From: Escherichia phage LF82-11
DNA length: 52,979 bases
Reading direction: 5' to 3' (one strand)
Sequence record: PV660454
In this document: positions 1 to 9,840 of the stretch, one piece after another
Layout: each line of letters begins with the position of its first letter
How positions within the stretch are numbered: the first letter of the stretch is position 1
The notes under the pieces: generated by a model
What the model was told of the DNA's origin: nothing
Seen by the model: the letters and a program-made list of their open reading frames with translations, nothing else
Database searches by the model: none
Made by a program: the position numbers and the translations under genes

Positions 1-555
1 ATGTCACATGAAGAAGATAACGAATGGAAAAGCACGAGCGGCGCAGCCAATGAAGCGATCAAGAAAGGGAACTTTAAAGCACTGTATAACAAGAAGTATG
101 GCGACTTGTTTACGGTTTCAAAAAACCATGCTTTCACGCCTGAGCAGCTTTTTGATATGGCTGTTAAATACTTCACCTGGGCGGAAGAGAACGCGCTTAA
201 AGCAGCGGAAACGGCAAGCTTTCAGGGCATTGTGACTGAGAACCTCGTGCATAAGGTGCGCGTATTCACCCTTAACGGACTGTGCCTATTTTGCGGAATC
301 ACAGCCAACGCGATCCACAACTGGCGCAAGCAACCCGGATTTGGTGACGTGGTGGAGTTTATCGACAACGTGATCTATGAGCAGAAATTCCAGCTTGCGG
401 CTAACGGCATCATCAACGCCAGCTTTATTGGCAAGGAGATCGGCATTGATAAAGCGCCGGAAATTAACGTTGCAGCGACGGCGGCGGCTTCTGTTTCAGC
501 GCCAACCACTGAGGAAGTTAAAGACGCGGTGCGTGATATCCTGGGGGAATTATGA
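1..555 (+). CDS. putative terminase small subunit (start may lie upstream of window)
   Basis: 184-aa ORF immediately upstream of and overlapping (ATGA) the large terminase; position-based call. Confidence 0.4.
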   Translation: MSHEEDNEWKSTSGAANEAIKKGNFKALYNKKYGDLFTVSKNHAFTPEQLFDMAVKYFTWAEENALKAAETASFQGIVTENLVHKVRVFTLNGLCLFCGITANAIHNWRKQPGFGDVVEFIDNVIYEQKFQLAANGIINASFIGKEIGIDKAPEINVAATAAASVSAPTTEEVKDAVRDILGEL

Positions 556-2141
556 TCCAGTGGGAAGACTTGACGGCGGCGCATAAAGCCGCCATTAAAG
601 CGATGAGTGAAACATCGTTCGAGAAGATGCTGCGGATCTGGTTCCAGTTATGCCAGGCGCAGAAGTTCCAAAGCAACTGGCACTTTACCTATCTGTGCTG
701 GAAGGTTGAGCAGATCATCAAGGGTGAGGCTCAAAACGTGATATTCAACATCACGCCAGGATCGGGCAAAACTGAAATCTTCTCTATCCACATGCCTGTT
801 TACGGAATGCTGAAGAGTCCGAAGGTTAGAAACCTAAACCTTTCGTTTTCCGATAGCCTCGTGAAAGATAACGGCATTCGCACGCGTGAGATCATCGGCT
901 CTGACGAATTCCAGGAGCTATGGCCTTGCAAGATGGCGAAAGCCAGCGGTGGAGATATCACGGCGCTAAACGACAACCAGAAAGCGTGGCTTACGCTAAC
1001 CTCCCGCGCCATTGGTGGGCAGGTAACGGGTAAGCGTGGCGGTTACATGGATGATCCTAACAAGCCGTGGGAGTTTACCGGGATGTTGACGCTTGACGAC
1101 CCGGATAAGCCAAAGGATATGTTTTCCGCGATCAAGCGCAAGGCCGCGCACACCTTGCTGAAGAACACCGTGCGATCGCGGCGAATGACAGACCGCACGC
1201 CATGTGTTGTGGTTCAGCAGCGCCTACACGTCAACGATTCAACATGGTTCTTGATGAATGGCGGTATGGGCGGTATGAAGTTTGAGCAGGTTATTATTCC
1301 GGCTCTCGTAACTGAGGAATATAGAGACACGCTTCCTGACTGGTTGAAAGAAGAGTTTGACAATGACGTTTTATCGTCCGATCCGGTCTATATTGACGGC
1401 GTGGCGCATTACTCGTTTTGGCCTGCAAAGGAAAGCGCTGAAAGCCTGTTAGCTTTGCGCGAAGCTGATCTCTACACGTTTGAATCTCAGTACCAGCAGA
1501 AGCCGATCGCGCTTGGTGGTAACGCGTTTAAAGCGGAATGGTTCAAGTATTACGGAGAAAGCGAGAAAGCTGATTTTCCAGTGCCTGACCGCTTCGAATA
1601 CCTGTTTACAACGGCTGATACCGCTCAGAAGGCCGAAGAGATTCACGACTTTTCAGTTTTCGTGTTGTGGGGTAAATATCGCGATCGAATCTATTTCGTC
1701 GATGGGATTCGCGGGAAGTGGGAGGCACCTGATCTGGAAAAGGCCGCGCTGGGCTTCTACAACGAGTCATTCCTGAAGGCTAAGAAGATGAAGGTTGCGA
1801 TCAGAAAGGTTTACATCGAAGACAAGGCGAGCGGAACGGGATTGATTCAGTCGATTAACAAGAAATTGCCGATCGACATTACGCCAGTTCAGCGAAACAC
1901 GGATAAGGTAACGCGAGCTATGGATGCAGCGCCGATACTCAAGTCCGGGCGAGTTGTATTCCCTGATGATCACCCAATGCTTACAGAAATGGAGGCGGAG
2001 TTGGTGGGGTTCACCTTCGACGATAGTCACCCTCACGACGATATAGTTGATAACGTGGTTGACGCGGCAAACTTCGAAATGAACTTGCTTGATGATCCGG
2101 TAGAGCGCATGAAACGCTTAGCAGGAATGAAGAAACAGTGA
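552..2141 (+). CDS. terminase large subunit
   Basis: 529 aa; Walker A-like PGSGKT near N-terminus; directly upstream of portal. Confidence 0.8.
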   Translation: MIQWEDLTAAHKAAIKAMSETSFEKMLRIWFQLCQAQKFQSNWHFTYLCWKVEQIIKGEAQNVIFNITPGSGKTEIFSIHMPVYGMLKSPKVRNLNLSFSDSLVKDNGIRTREIIGSDEFQELWPCKMAKASGGDITALNDNQKAWLTLTSRAIGGQVTGKRGGYMDDPNKPWEFTGMLTLDDPDKPKDMFSAIKRKAAHTLLKNTVRSRRMTDRTPCVVVQQRLHVNDSTWFLMNGGMGGMKFEQVIIPALVTEEYRDTLPDWLKEEFDNDVLSSDPVYIDGVAHYSFWPAKESAESLLALREADLYTFESQYQQKPIALGGNAFKAEWFKYYGESEKADFPVPDRFEYLFTTADTAQKAEEIHDFSVFVLWGKYRDRIYFVDGIRGKWEAPDLEKAALGFYNESFLKAKKMKVAIRKVYIEDKASGTGLIQSINKKLPIDITPVQRNTDKVTRAMDAAPILKSGRVVFPDDHPMLTEMEAELVGFTFDDSHPHDDIVDNVVDAANFEMNLLDDPVERMKRLAGMKKQ

Positions 2142-2148
2142 TATAATC

Positions 2149-2176
2149 AGCCGGGCTAATAACCCGGCTTTTTTAT
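2149..2176 (+). terminator. rho-independent terminator after terminase
   Basis: GCCGGG/CCCGGC stem followed by T6. Confidence 0.5.
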
Positions 2177-2189
2177 TGAGGAAATCGCT

Positions 2190-3506
2190 ATGACTAAGCA
2201 GAAAAAGCCCGTCAAAATGGACTCGTACAACGAGACATTCAAGGGCGCAGGTACAGACCGCGCGCACAGCGGCCTAAACTATTATTACAACGTCACGCAG
2301 TTCTACATTGACAACCCGCTAGCCCGTAAGATTATCGACGTTATACCGGAGGAAATGGTTTTTCCTGGGTTCGGTATCGACGGCGAAACGGATGAGAAGG
2401 AATTTAAATCCCGATGGGATGCGCTGAAGATGAACGAGCAGATTGTTGAAGCGTTTGCGTGGGAACGCCTTTACGGTGGCTCAGCAATCGTGGCTGTGAT
2501 CAATGACCGCCGCGCGCTCACTTCGCCAGCCAAAGAGGGTGCCCCGCTTGAGTCTATCCGAGTGTACGAAAAGGAGCAGGTCAAGATCCAGACGCGAGAA
2601 ACCAACCCGCGTAATGTTCGCTACGGTATGCCGAAGACGTACACCATCAACCCTGGTGGCTCTATGCCTGAGTACGAGATCCACTATTCGCGAATCTACA
2701 TCAACGATGGTGATCGCGTGCCCGGTTCGGTTCGCCGTCAAAATGAGGGGTGGGGTGCTTCCGTTCTTTCTCGCGGAATGATTGATGCCATCACGGACTA
2801 TGACTACTGCGAAGAGCTTGCAACTCAGCTTTTACGCCGTAAGCAGCAAGCGGTGTGGAAGGCTCGCGGCCTGGCTGATTTATGCGATGATGATGAAGGG
2901 CGCTACGCGGCACGAATCAGGCTTGCTCAGGTTGACGATAACAGCGGCGTTGGGCGTGCGGTTGGTATTGATGCCACGGATGAAGAGTACGAAATCTTGA
3001 ACTCCGATATCAACGGCGTTGACGCTTTTCTTGATAAGAAAATGGATCGCATCGTGAACTATTCCGGCATCCATGAAATCATCCTGAAGAATAAGAACGT
3101 GGGCGGCGTTTCAGCGAGCCAAAACACGGCGCTTGAGACATTCTACAAGATGATTGACCGCCGCCGTAACGAGCGATACAGGCCGCTTCTGGAGTGGTTG
3201 TTGCCGTTCATGATTCAAGAGCAAGAATGGTCTATCCGGTTCGACCCTCTCTCTATGCCGTCAGAGAAAGAACAGGCTGAGACATTCGAGCGTTACACCA
3301 ATGCGGTTGACAAGCTGATCACGAATCAGGCTATTGACACCGAAGAGGCGCGCGATACACTTGAATCTGTTTCTGATGTGCTCAAGCTGAAATCCGGCTT
3401 GCCGAAGTTGCCGCCGCGCGATAAGACTGGCAAAGATCAGCAGGGTAAAGAGAAAGTAACCACACTGCCAAAAGGGGCTACAGATGAAGGTTCAGGGGAT
3501 AGCTAA
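2190..3506 (+). CDS. portal protein
   Basis: 438 aa, gene order terminase-portal-head morphogenesis. Confidence 0.7.
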   Translation: MTKQKKPVKMDSYNETFKGAGTDRAHSGLNYYYNVTQFYIDNPLARKIIDVIPEEMVFPGFGIDGETDEKEFKSRWDALKMNEQIVEAFAWERLYGGSAIVAVINDRRALTSPAKEGAPLESIRVYEKEQVKIQTRETNPRNVRYGMPKTYTINPGGSMPEYEIHYSRIYINDGDRVPGSVRRQNEGWGASVLSRGMIDAITDYDYCEELATQLLRRKQQAVWKARGLADLCDDDEGRYAARIRLAQVDDNSGVGRAVGIDATDEEYEILNSDINGVDAFLDKKMDRIVNYSGIHEIILKNKNVGGVSASQNTALETFYKMIDRRRNERYRPLLEWLLPFMIQEQEWSIRFDPLSMPSEKEQAETFERYTNAVDKLITNQAIDTEEARDTLESVSDVLKLKSGLPKLPPRDKTGKDQQGKEKVTTLPKGATDEGSGDS

Positions 3507-4248
3507 ACAGTGGCGCTATCCAGAAGCAAGCGAGCGGGAATTATCCCGCTCTCTGGCAACGTTCGCGGGTGAGCTTATCGTGTTTGCTCGCGATCAACTG
3601 GATAAGATGAAGTTTGACGCTAGCGCCGATGAGATAGATCAGGCAGAAAGCGAGCTTGAAGATTACGCCGCGTATCTGATCGCAGGTCTGATGGCCTTGC
3701 TTCCATCGCTGGCGCTGAAGATTTACCGCTTCAACTCGCAGCAGTTTATTGATGTTGCCAAATCTGCTGGCGGGAAAAAGAATCCGGTTGTGGTTCTGCT
3801 TATCGCTCTGGGATATAACGCTAACGAGCCGTGGTATCGTGAGAAAGAAGATAACTGGCTATCTCTCACAGAGGCAAGTTATCGTAAGCTGGCGAATGAT
3901 ATCATTGCTGACTGGTCTAACACCGTAAGGATGGAAAACGCCAAAGGCAAGAGCCGTGAGTATATCGACGATGTGATTGAGCAGCGTTACAAGGTGTATA
4001 CTGGCTGGACGGTAAACAGATCTCGTGGAATCGTTGCGACTTGGAATAGTTTACTGATGCGCGCGCGCCTGGAAGATTCAGGAGTGACGCATTATTTTTG
4101 GCATGGTAAACTTGACGAACGCGAGCGCCTTAAGCACTTGTTATGGGAGAACAAACGAATCGCCATAAACAGCGATCACGTATTCCCAGGTGAAGAATAC
4201 GGTTGCCGATGCTGGGCAACTCCTGACTTTTACAATATCGAGGAATGA
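3484..4248 (+). CDS. head morphogenesis / minor head protein
   Basis: 254 aa directly after portal; Mu F / SPP1 gp7-like position. Confidence 0.45.
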   Translation: MKVQGIAKQWRYPEASERELSRSLATFAGELIVFARDQLDKMKFDASADEIDQAESELEDYAAYLIAGLMALLPSLALKIYRFNSQQFIDVAKSAGGKKNPVVVLLIALGYNANEPWYREKEDNWLSLTEASYRKLANDIIADWSNTVRMENAKGKSREYIDDVIEQRYKVYTGWTVNRSRGIVATWNSLLMRARLEDSGVTHYFWHGKLDERERLKHLLWENKRIAINSDHVFPGEEYGCRCWATPDFYNIEE

Positions 4249-5375
4249 AAATGACCACTAAACAACGCTATGATAGCGCACCAATCAAGGCACGATTCGA
4301 TTCAAACGGATATCTTCATGATGAGCCAATCATCGCGCGAATCGGCATTCAATCGTACATGAAACCAGATGGAACCATGCAGCGTGAATTTCGCCCGGCT
4401 AGCGAGGTATTCAGCGAGAAGTCAATGAAGTCTTTTCAAGGGATGCCGATTGTTGAAGGTCACAAGGAGATCACCGTTAAGAACGCGCGAGGTGAGGTTG
4501 TTGGCGCGGTGAGCGGAGCGGCGCGCCGTGACGGAATCGGCTTGCTGTGCCCGATCGTAATTCACGATGGTGAATCAATCGAAAGCGCCAAACGAGGCGA
4601 TGCTGCTGAATTATCCGTAGGCTACAAAACAAACGATATTCATCGCGCCGGGTGGGGCAACGTGGTTACTGGTGAGTACGTATTCAAAGACGATGCGGAA
4701 ATGATGGAGAAGATTTTCCCCAGCGGAACCACGATGAGTGACGAATGGGAAGAGTTCGACGTGCTTCAAACAAACATCGTGCCCAACCACATCGCGAAGG
4801 TTCACAAAGGCCGCGCCGGAATCGCTCGTTTAAACCTTGACGGCTCCGAGGAAATCAAGTACGATTCAAGCGTTGACAATCAACCATCAAAGGAAAATGT
4901 TATGACCGTTAAAATTAAGATCGACTCCGCAGAAGTGGAAGTAACACAGGATGTGGCAAACCACATCGAAGCGCTGAAGGCAACCGCAACGGCAGCCAAA
5001 ACAAAGGCTGATACTCTGGAAGCAGAGCGCGACTCACTGAAAGTTAAGGTTGACGGCCTCCCGGCACTGATTGAAGCCGCGATCGCCGAAGCGAAAACAA
5101 AAGCCGATGCAGAAAACGAAATCAAAACTTTCGCCACTGAAATTGGCGTTAAGTGTGACGGCCTGGATAACAAAGCGATTAAAGTTGCAGTTATCAAAGA
5201 GGTGTTAGGTATCGACGCAGCAGAGAAAAGCGATGCTTATATTGATCAGTCATTTGAAATCGCGCGCGATTCTGATAAGATGGCGGCTAATCGCGTTAAA
5301 ATCTCCGGCTCTAACGGCAAGGAAGACGGCGCTGATACTGGCATCCCTGATGCTCAGGCTCGTTTCCGCAAGTAA
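4245..5375 (+). CDS. scaffolding protein / prohead protease-like
   Basis: 376 aa; C-terminal Ala/Lys/Glu-rich predicted coiled coil; precedes capsid genes; alternative ATG at 4251 has better RBS. Confidence 0.4.
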   Translation: MKMTTKQRYDSAPIKARFDSNGYLHDEPIIARIGIQSYMKPDGTMQREFRPASEVFSEKSMKSFQGMPIVEGHKEITVKNARGEVVGAVSGAARRDGIGLLCPIVIHDGESIESAKRGDAAELSVGYKTNDIHRAGWGNVVTGEYVFKDDAEMMEKIFPSGTTMSDEWEEFDVLQTNIVPNHIAKVHKGRAGIARLNLDGSEEIKYDSSVDNQPSKENVMTVKIKIDSAEVEVTQDVANHIEALKATATAAKTKADTLEAERDSLKVKVDGLPALIEAAIAEAKTKADAENEIKTFATEIGVKCDGLDNKAIKVAVIKEVLGIDAAEKSDAYIDQSFEIARDSDKMAANRVKISGSNGKEDGADTGIPDAQARFRK

Positions 5376-5433
5376 TAAAACAAGCGGCTGAAATATGCCG
5401 CTTCACTCTCTCTGAAGAAAAGGAAAAATAATC

Positions 5434-5967
5434 ATGGCACTTATTCAAGCAAGCTACACCGTTCACCGTTCAAAGGCATACGCTGGTATGCACGCCGACA
5501 CCTCAGCTTACAACATCGACGGCACTTGCTGCGCTGGTGTTGACAAACTCCCGGTTGGCGTATTCGTCGCACTCGATCCGGCTGGCGGCGTTGTTGACGG
5601 TCACAAGGTAGTAACCAACGTTATCGACACTGCGGCAAGCAACCCTAATCTGGTTGGCGCAACTCTGATGAGCCACGCTTATTCACCTGAAGGTGTTTAC
5701 GATGAAGGTTCAGCAGTGAACGTAATGACCGCCGGGCGCATTTGGGTGCTGTGTGCTAAGTCTTTGGCTGATGCAAACAAGGCATTCAACGTTCAGGTTA
5801 ACATTAACGCAAAAGGTGAAGTTGTTAACCCTGGCTCCGGCGCAATCGGCACTGTTTACACCACCACTGGCGAATGGCTGAAGACTGACGATCCGAATTA
5901 CGACCTGATCAAGGTTCAGCTTACACAGGCTCAGTTCCAGCTTCCGGCATCCGGTGGCGGCGCGTAA
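5434..5967 (+). CDS. head-associated structural protein (function unknown)
   Basis: 177 aa between scaffold and major capsid, followed by terminator. Confidence 0.25.
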   Translation: MALIQASYTVHRSKAYAGMHADTSAYNIDGTCCAGVDKLPVGVFVALDPAGGVVDGHKVVTNVIDTAASNPNLVGATLMSHAYSPEGVYDEGSAVNVMTAGRIWVLCAKSLADANKAFNVQVNINAKGEVVNPGSGAIGTVYTTTGEWLKTDDPNYDLIKVQLTQAQFQLPASGGGA

Positions 5968-5974
5968 TTAAACA

Positions 5975-5998
5975 GGGAGCTTCGGCTCCCTTTTTATT
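5975..5998 (+). terminator. rho-independent terminator
   Basis: GGGAGC-ttcg-GCTCCC stem then T5. Confidence 0.5.
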
Positions 5999-6019
5999 TA
6001 TGTCTACCACAAAAAGATA

Positions 6020-6047
6020 TTGACCGTTTAGCAAAAAGTGCTATTAT
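6020..6047 (+). promoter_or_regulatory. sigma70-like promoter for major capsid gene with an embedded inverted-repeat box
   Basis: TTGACC, 16-bp spacer, TATTAT; spacer contains TAGCAAAAAGTGCTA. Confidence 0.5.
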
Positions 6048-6090
6048 TGACGCGTGACCTAATCACGCATTCAATCAAAAGGAAAATGTT

Positions 6091-7044
6091 ATGACCATGA
6101 AACTTGATTCATTCGAGCAGAACGAAATTACGGTAGGCCTTCGCAAGATGGGTGTTGCGGCAAGCAAAGCGGATCGCCTGGGTATCTGGACTGTAGAGCA
6201 GATGAAGCAGACGCTTAAGCGTCAGTATGAAGCGGCTTATCCCGAAACATCAGCGCTGGCGCTCTTCCCGGTTACAACCGAAATTGCACCAACAACCCGC
6301 ATCTTCGAATACATGAAGATTGACGGCGTGACCATGGCGAAAATCATCGCGGATTATACTGACGATCTGCCTCTGGTTGATGCGACCCATAGCCTGGAAA
6401 CAGGCCGCGTACACCGCCTGGGTAACGCGTGGATGATTTCCATTGACGAAATCAAAACTGGTGCGGCGCTGGGTTCTTCCCTGTCTGACCGCAAGGCAAC
6501 ACTGGCGCGCGAAGCGCACGAAACGCTGGTGAATACTCTGGTGTTCCAGGGTTCCAAGCCTCACAAAATTCTGTCTGTGTTCGACAACCCGAACATCACC
6601 CGCGTAACTTCAGCGGCTGGCGCGTGGGCTGACCCTGAAAAGGCAAGCGACGAACTGACGGATCTGATTGAGAAAATGGAAACCCTGACCAAAGGCAAGC
6701 ACAAGATCACCGATATTGTGATCCCGCCTTCTCAGCGTAAGATCCTGGCTAAGCGCATGCCGGAAACCACGATGAGTTACTTGCAGTGGTTTGAGTCTCA
6801 GAACGGCGGTATCACAATTAGCTCAATCTCTGAGCTTGAAGATATCGACGGCATCGGTACCAAAGGCATTCTTGCCTACGAGAAAGACCCGATGAACATG
6901 AGCATCGAGATCCCGGAAGCATTCAACATGCTCCCAATGCAGCCTAAAGACCTGCATTTCAAAGTGCCTTGTACGTCCAAGACTACTGGCCTGATCGTTT
7001 ATCGTCCTCTGACGATTATCTTGCTGGTTGGCGTAGGTAAGTAA
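6091..7044 (+). CDS. major capsid protein
   Basis: 317 aa, own strong promoter and terminator, position in head module. Confidence 0.55.
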   Translation: MTMKLDSFEQNEITVGLRKMGVAASKADRLGIWTVEQMKQTLKRQYEAAYPETSALALFPVTTEIAPTTRIFEYMKIDGVTMAKIIADYTDDLPLVDATHSLETGRVHRLGNAWMISIDEIKTGAALGSSLSDRKATLAREAHETLVNTLVFQGSKPHKILSVFDNPNITRVTSAAGAWADPEKASDELTDLIEKMETLTKGKHKITDIVIPPSQRKILAKRMPETTMSYLQWFESQNGGITISSISELEDIDGIGTKGILAYEKDPMNMSIEIPEAFNMLPMQPKDLHFKVPCTSKTTGLIVYRPLTIILLVGVGK

Positions 7045-7048
7045 GACG

Positions 7049-7080
7049 AAGCCCCTGATTAATTTCAGGGGCTTTTTTGT
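7049..7080 (+). terminator. rho-independent terminator
   Basis: AGCCCCTGA-ttaatt-TCAGGGGCT then T6. Confidence 0.55.
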
Positions 7081-7109
7081 TGACACGCTGCCGGAAAGTT
7101 TTGTATATT
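7080..7109 (+). promoter_or_regulatory. sigma70-like promoter
   Basis: TTGACA, 18-bp spacer, TATATT. Confidence 0.45.
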
Positions 7110-7147
7110 GACGGCTCACAAACAAGTAAACCAAAAGGTGAATTATC

Positions 7148-7414
7148 ATGGCTGCAAAGAAAAACGTAATGAAGAACATTGGCGCTTGCCTGGTGCGTAT
7201 CGGCATGGTGGATGTTAAGCCGAACGAAACGATTGAGCTGACAGACGAACAGCTAAATTCACAGGGTGTTAAATCCCTGCTACACCGTGAGGTTTTGGAG
7301 TTCGAAGATGATCCGAAGCGCACGCGTGAACTTCTCGAAGTGATTCGCAAGAAGGCGAAACCAAAAGAAGAGAAGACCATTGAACAGCGTGAGAAAGCGC
7401 CGGATATCGAATAA
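7148..7414 (+). CDS. small Lys/Glu-rich protein with own promoter and terminator
   Basis: 88 aa, RBS AAAGGTG; bracketed by promoter and terminator. Confidence 0.35.
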   Translation: MAAKKNVMKNIGACLVRIGMVDVKPNETIELTDEQLNSQGVKSLLHREVLEFEDDPKRTRELLEVIRKKAKPKEEKTIEQREKAPDIE

Positions 7415-7460
7415 CCGAAAGGGGGCGTAATGCTCCCTTTTTTTATACCTGGAGGAAACC

Positions 7461-7868
7461 ATGAACGAAGATGAAATGAAGATCGCAGAGATTATGCGAA
7501 AGCTTGCGCCAGCGCTAAAGAACGTGCCAGATCAGACGATTGTTGTTTGGATTAACCTTGCGGAAATGTTCGTGTGTGCCAATAAGTTTGGCGACAAGTA
7601 TCACCAGGCCGTCGCACTCTATACGATGCACCTGATGTTCCTTGATGGCGCGATGAAGGGCGAGAAAGAAACTCTTGAGAGTTATTCACGTCGTGTAACG
7701 TCATTCACTCTGAGCGGTGAATTTTCCACGAGCTACGGGGCAGTGACCGCCAATAATACCGGGCGATCAATCCATGATACGCCATGGGGCAAAATGTACG
7801 ATATTCTCAACAAGAAAAAAGGCGGCGGGTTCGGCCTGATTTCAGGAATCAGAGGTTGTGGGCGATGA
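7461..7868 (+). CDS. head-tail connector / adaptor-like
   Basis: 135 aa, first of four translationally coupled neck genes. Confidence 0.35.
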   Translation: MNEDEMKIAEIMRKLAPALKNVPDQTIVVWINLAEMFVCANKFGDKYHQAVALYTMHLMFLDGAMKGEKETLESYSRRVTSFTLSGEFSTSYGAVTANNTGRSIHDTPWGKMYDILNKKKGGGFGLISGIRGCGR

Positions 7869-8245
7869 TAAATTATGCAGAGATTCAGAATCTGACCGAT
7901 CAGGGGATCAACGCTTTTGCTGGTGATGGCGGAGAGTTCGACGTGATCTTAACTGGTGGCGGCGTGCGGGTTGGCGACGATGGAAAGGAAATTGTCGTGC
8001 CGCCTCGGATGGGCAAAGTGCATGGCGCGGTTCGTGCGATCTCCTATCGCTACATCGACGGCGAAAACATACGGTTCGGTGACAAGCGCGCATTCTTCTC
8101 GAACGTCACGCCGCTTGAGAATGGAATGATCGTAATCATCGACGGCGAGCACTGGCGCATAGTTGACACGCGCCCGGTTAACCCTACACAAACGCACGTT
8201 ATCGCATATCGTCCTATACTGCGAAAGGTTGCGGCTCATGTCTAA
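7865..8245 (+). CDS. head closure / head-tail joining-like
   Basis: ATGA overlap with upstream gene; start moved to internal ATG at 7865. Confidence 0.3.
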   Translation: MINYAEIQNLTDQGINAFAGDGGEFDVILTGGGVRVGDDGKEIVVPPRMGKVHGAVRAISYRYIDGENIRFGDKRAFFSNVTPLENGMIVIIDGEHWRIVDTRPVNPTQTHVIAYRPILRKVAAHV

Positions 8246-8681
8246 TTACCAGGTGCGCAAGTTTCACGGTGATATTTCTCGTTGGATTCTGCGCACTCAG
8301 AAGGGGCTAGAGGACGTGGTTAGAGAGTTCGTTAAATCGGTTCACGCGGAGCTTGTAAAGACCTCACCAGTAGATACAGGGCGATTCCGAGCTAACTGGC
8401 AGATAACCTATAACCACGTACCGCTATACGCTCTCAATGAGTACGACAAAACCGGAGAGAAAACGATCGCGTCAGGGGTTCGAATTGCAAACGCGTTGCC
8501 GTTGGGCAGAGGTGGCGCGGTTACTTCAATCTACTTTTCGAACATGTTAATCTATGCCAACGCGCTCGAATACGGGCATTCACGGCAAGCGCCAGCGGGT
8601 GTGCTGGGGTTGGTGGCGATACGCTTACGATCTCACATGGCGGCGGCGATTAAACAATCAAGGATTAAAAATGGTTTATGA
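8238..8681 (+). CDS. HK97 gp10-like tail completion / neck protein
   Basis: contains DTGRFRANW resembling the HK97 gp10-family signature; start set to ATG 8238. Confidence 0.45.
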   Translation: MSNYQVRKFHGDISRWILRTQKGLEDVVREFVKSVHAELVKTSPVDTGRFRANWQITYNHVPLYALNEYDKTGEKTIASGVRIANALPLGRGGAVTSIYFSNMLIYANALEYGHSRQAPAGVLGLVAIRLRSHMAAAIKQSRIKNGL

Positions 8682-9081
8682 TGATCTGGATATGTCAGAG
8701 GCGGCGCGCTCCGCTCTCTTCGCTGAGTTCAGGCCGCGATTCGCCATCATGGCTGAAAACGTGGATTTCACAGAGCCTAGCCAGGGTCAGACCTGGCTAA
8801 AGTTCGACTACATCCCGGCTGATAAGATCTACCGCACTATTGACCGCAAGTGCATTTCTTTGCTTGCCATGGTTCAGATCGGCATAGTGTTTGCGCCGGG
8901 CAAGGGCATGACTGAGGCGCGCACCATTGCGAAAGAGATTGCAAACTTTTTCAGTGATGGTAAAATTCTCAACGTGGGTTATGTTTATGAGGGCGCAAGT
9001 TCTAAACCCGTACAGAAATCAGAGCGCGGCTGGATGTTACCAGTACGCTTCACAATGCGATACGATGAAAAGGAGCAGTAA
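8671..9081 (+). CDS. tail terminator-like protein
   Basis: 136 aa immediately upstream of major tail protein; RBS AAGGA. Confidence 0.3.
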   Translation: MVYDDLDMSEAARSALFAEFRPRFAIMAENVDFTEPSQGQTWLKFDYIPADKIYRTIDRKCISLLAMVQIGIVFAPGKGMTEARTIAKEIANFFSDGKILNVGYVYEGASSKPVQKSERGWMLPVRFTMRYDEKEQ

Positions 9082-9083
9082 TT

Positions 9084-9764
9084 ATGGCACTTCCTAACGG
9101 TTCACAGGTCTTCATTGAGCAGACACGATCCATAACCGAAGTTGAAGCAACGAGCATCACCAACTCGAAAGAGCCAGTTGCGACGGTTGCCGATATTGGC
9201 GATCTGGTAAATGGTGATTACGTGCTGGTTCTCGAATCAGTATGGGCAGGTCTGAAAAACCGCGTCCTTCGCGTCAAGTCTATTGATGCGCTGAAGGTAA
9301 CTCTTGAGGGTGACGGCAGCACGGACACGAGCAACATCAACAAGTTCCCGGCTGGCGGCGCATCAACGCTGGTGAAGATCACAAGCTGGATTGAAATCCC
9401 ATGTATCAGCGACATCGCCAAAACTGGTGGCGAACAGCAGTTTTACACCAAGCAGTGTTTAGCTGATGAGCGAGAGAAGCAAACGCCAACCTTCAAGTCT
9501 GCAACGTCGATCGGCTACACGTTCGATTTCGACTACGCAAACCCGATTACTCAACTCCTGATCGGTTACGACGAAGACGGCAAAACCCGCGCGATGCGTA
9601 TGTTCGTTCCAAAGGCGAGCTACCCGATCCGCACCTTCTCTGGCGTGCCATCGTTCGACGATGTGCCAAACACGGTGATGAACGAAGACGAAACAACCGT
9701 CCTCAACATTTCCCTTGATGGCAAGTATACGCACATGAAGGAATATGTTGCACCGACACCATAA
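9084..9764 (+). CDS. major tail (tube) protein
   Basis: 226 aa, upstream of chaperone and tape measure, followed by strong terminator. Confidence 0.55.
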   Translation: MALPNGSQVFIEQTRSITEVEATSITNSKEPVATVADIGDLVNGDYVLVLESVWAGLKNRVLRVKSIDALKVTLEGDGSTDTSNINKFPAGGASTLVKITSWIEIPCISDIAKTGGEQQFYTKQCLADEREKQTPTFKSATSIGYTFDFDYANPITQLLIGYDEDGKTRAMRMFVPKASYPIRTFSGVPSFDDVPNTVMNEDETTVLNISLDGKYTHMKEYVAPTP

Positions 9765-9768
9765 TCCG

Positions 9769-9796
9769 AAGGGGGGCTATTGCTCCCCTTTTTCTT
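9769..9796 (+). terminator. rho-independent terminator
   Basis: GGGGGGC-tatt-GCTCCCC stem then T-run. Confidence 0.5.
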
Positions 9797-9840
9797 TTGT
9801 GATTTAATACGCGAAACACAACCAATCAGAGGATTTAATT

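Noticed and set aside
2481-3074. Short overlapping ORFs inside the portal gene (2481..2741 minus, 2503..2781, 2782..3000, 2880..3074)
   Set aside because: Nested in or antisense to the portal ORF, with Arg-rich low-complexity translations; no independent start signals.
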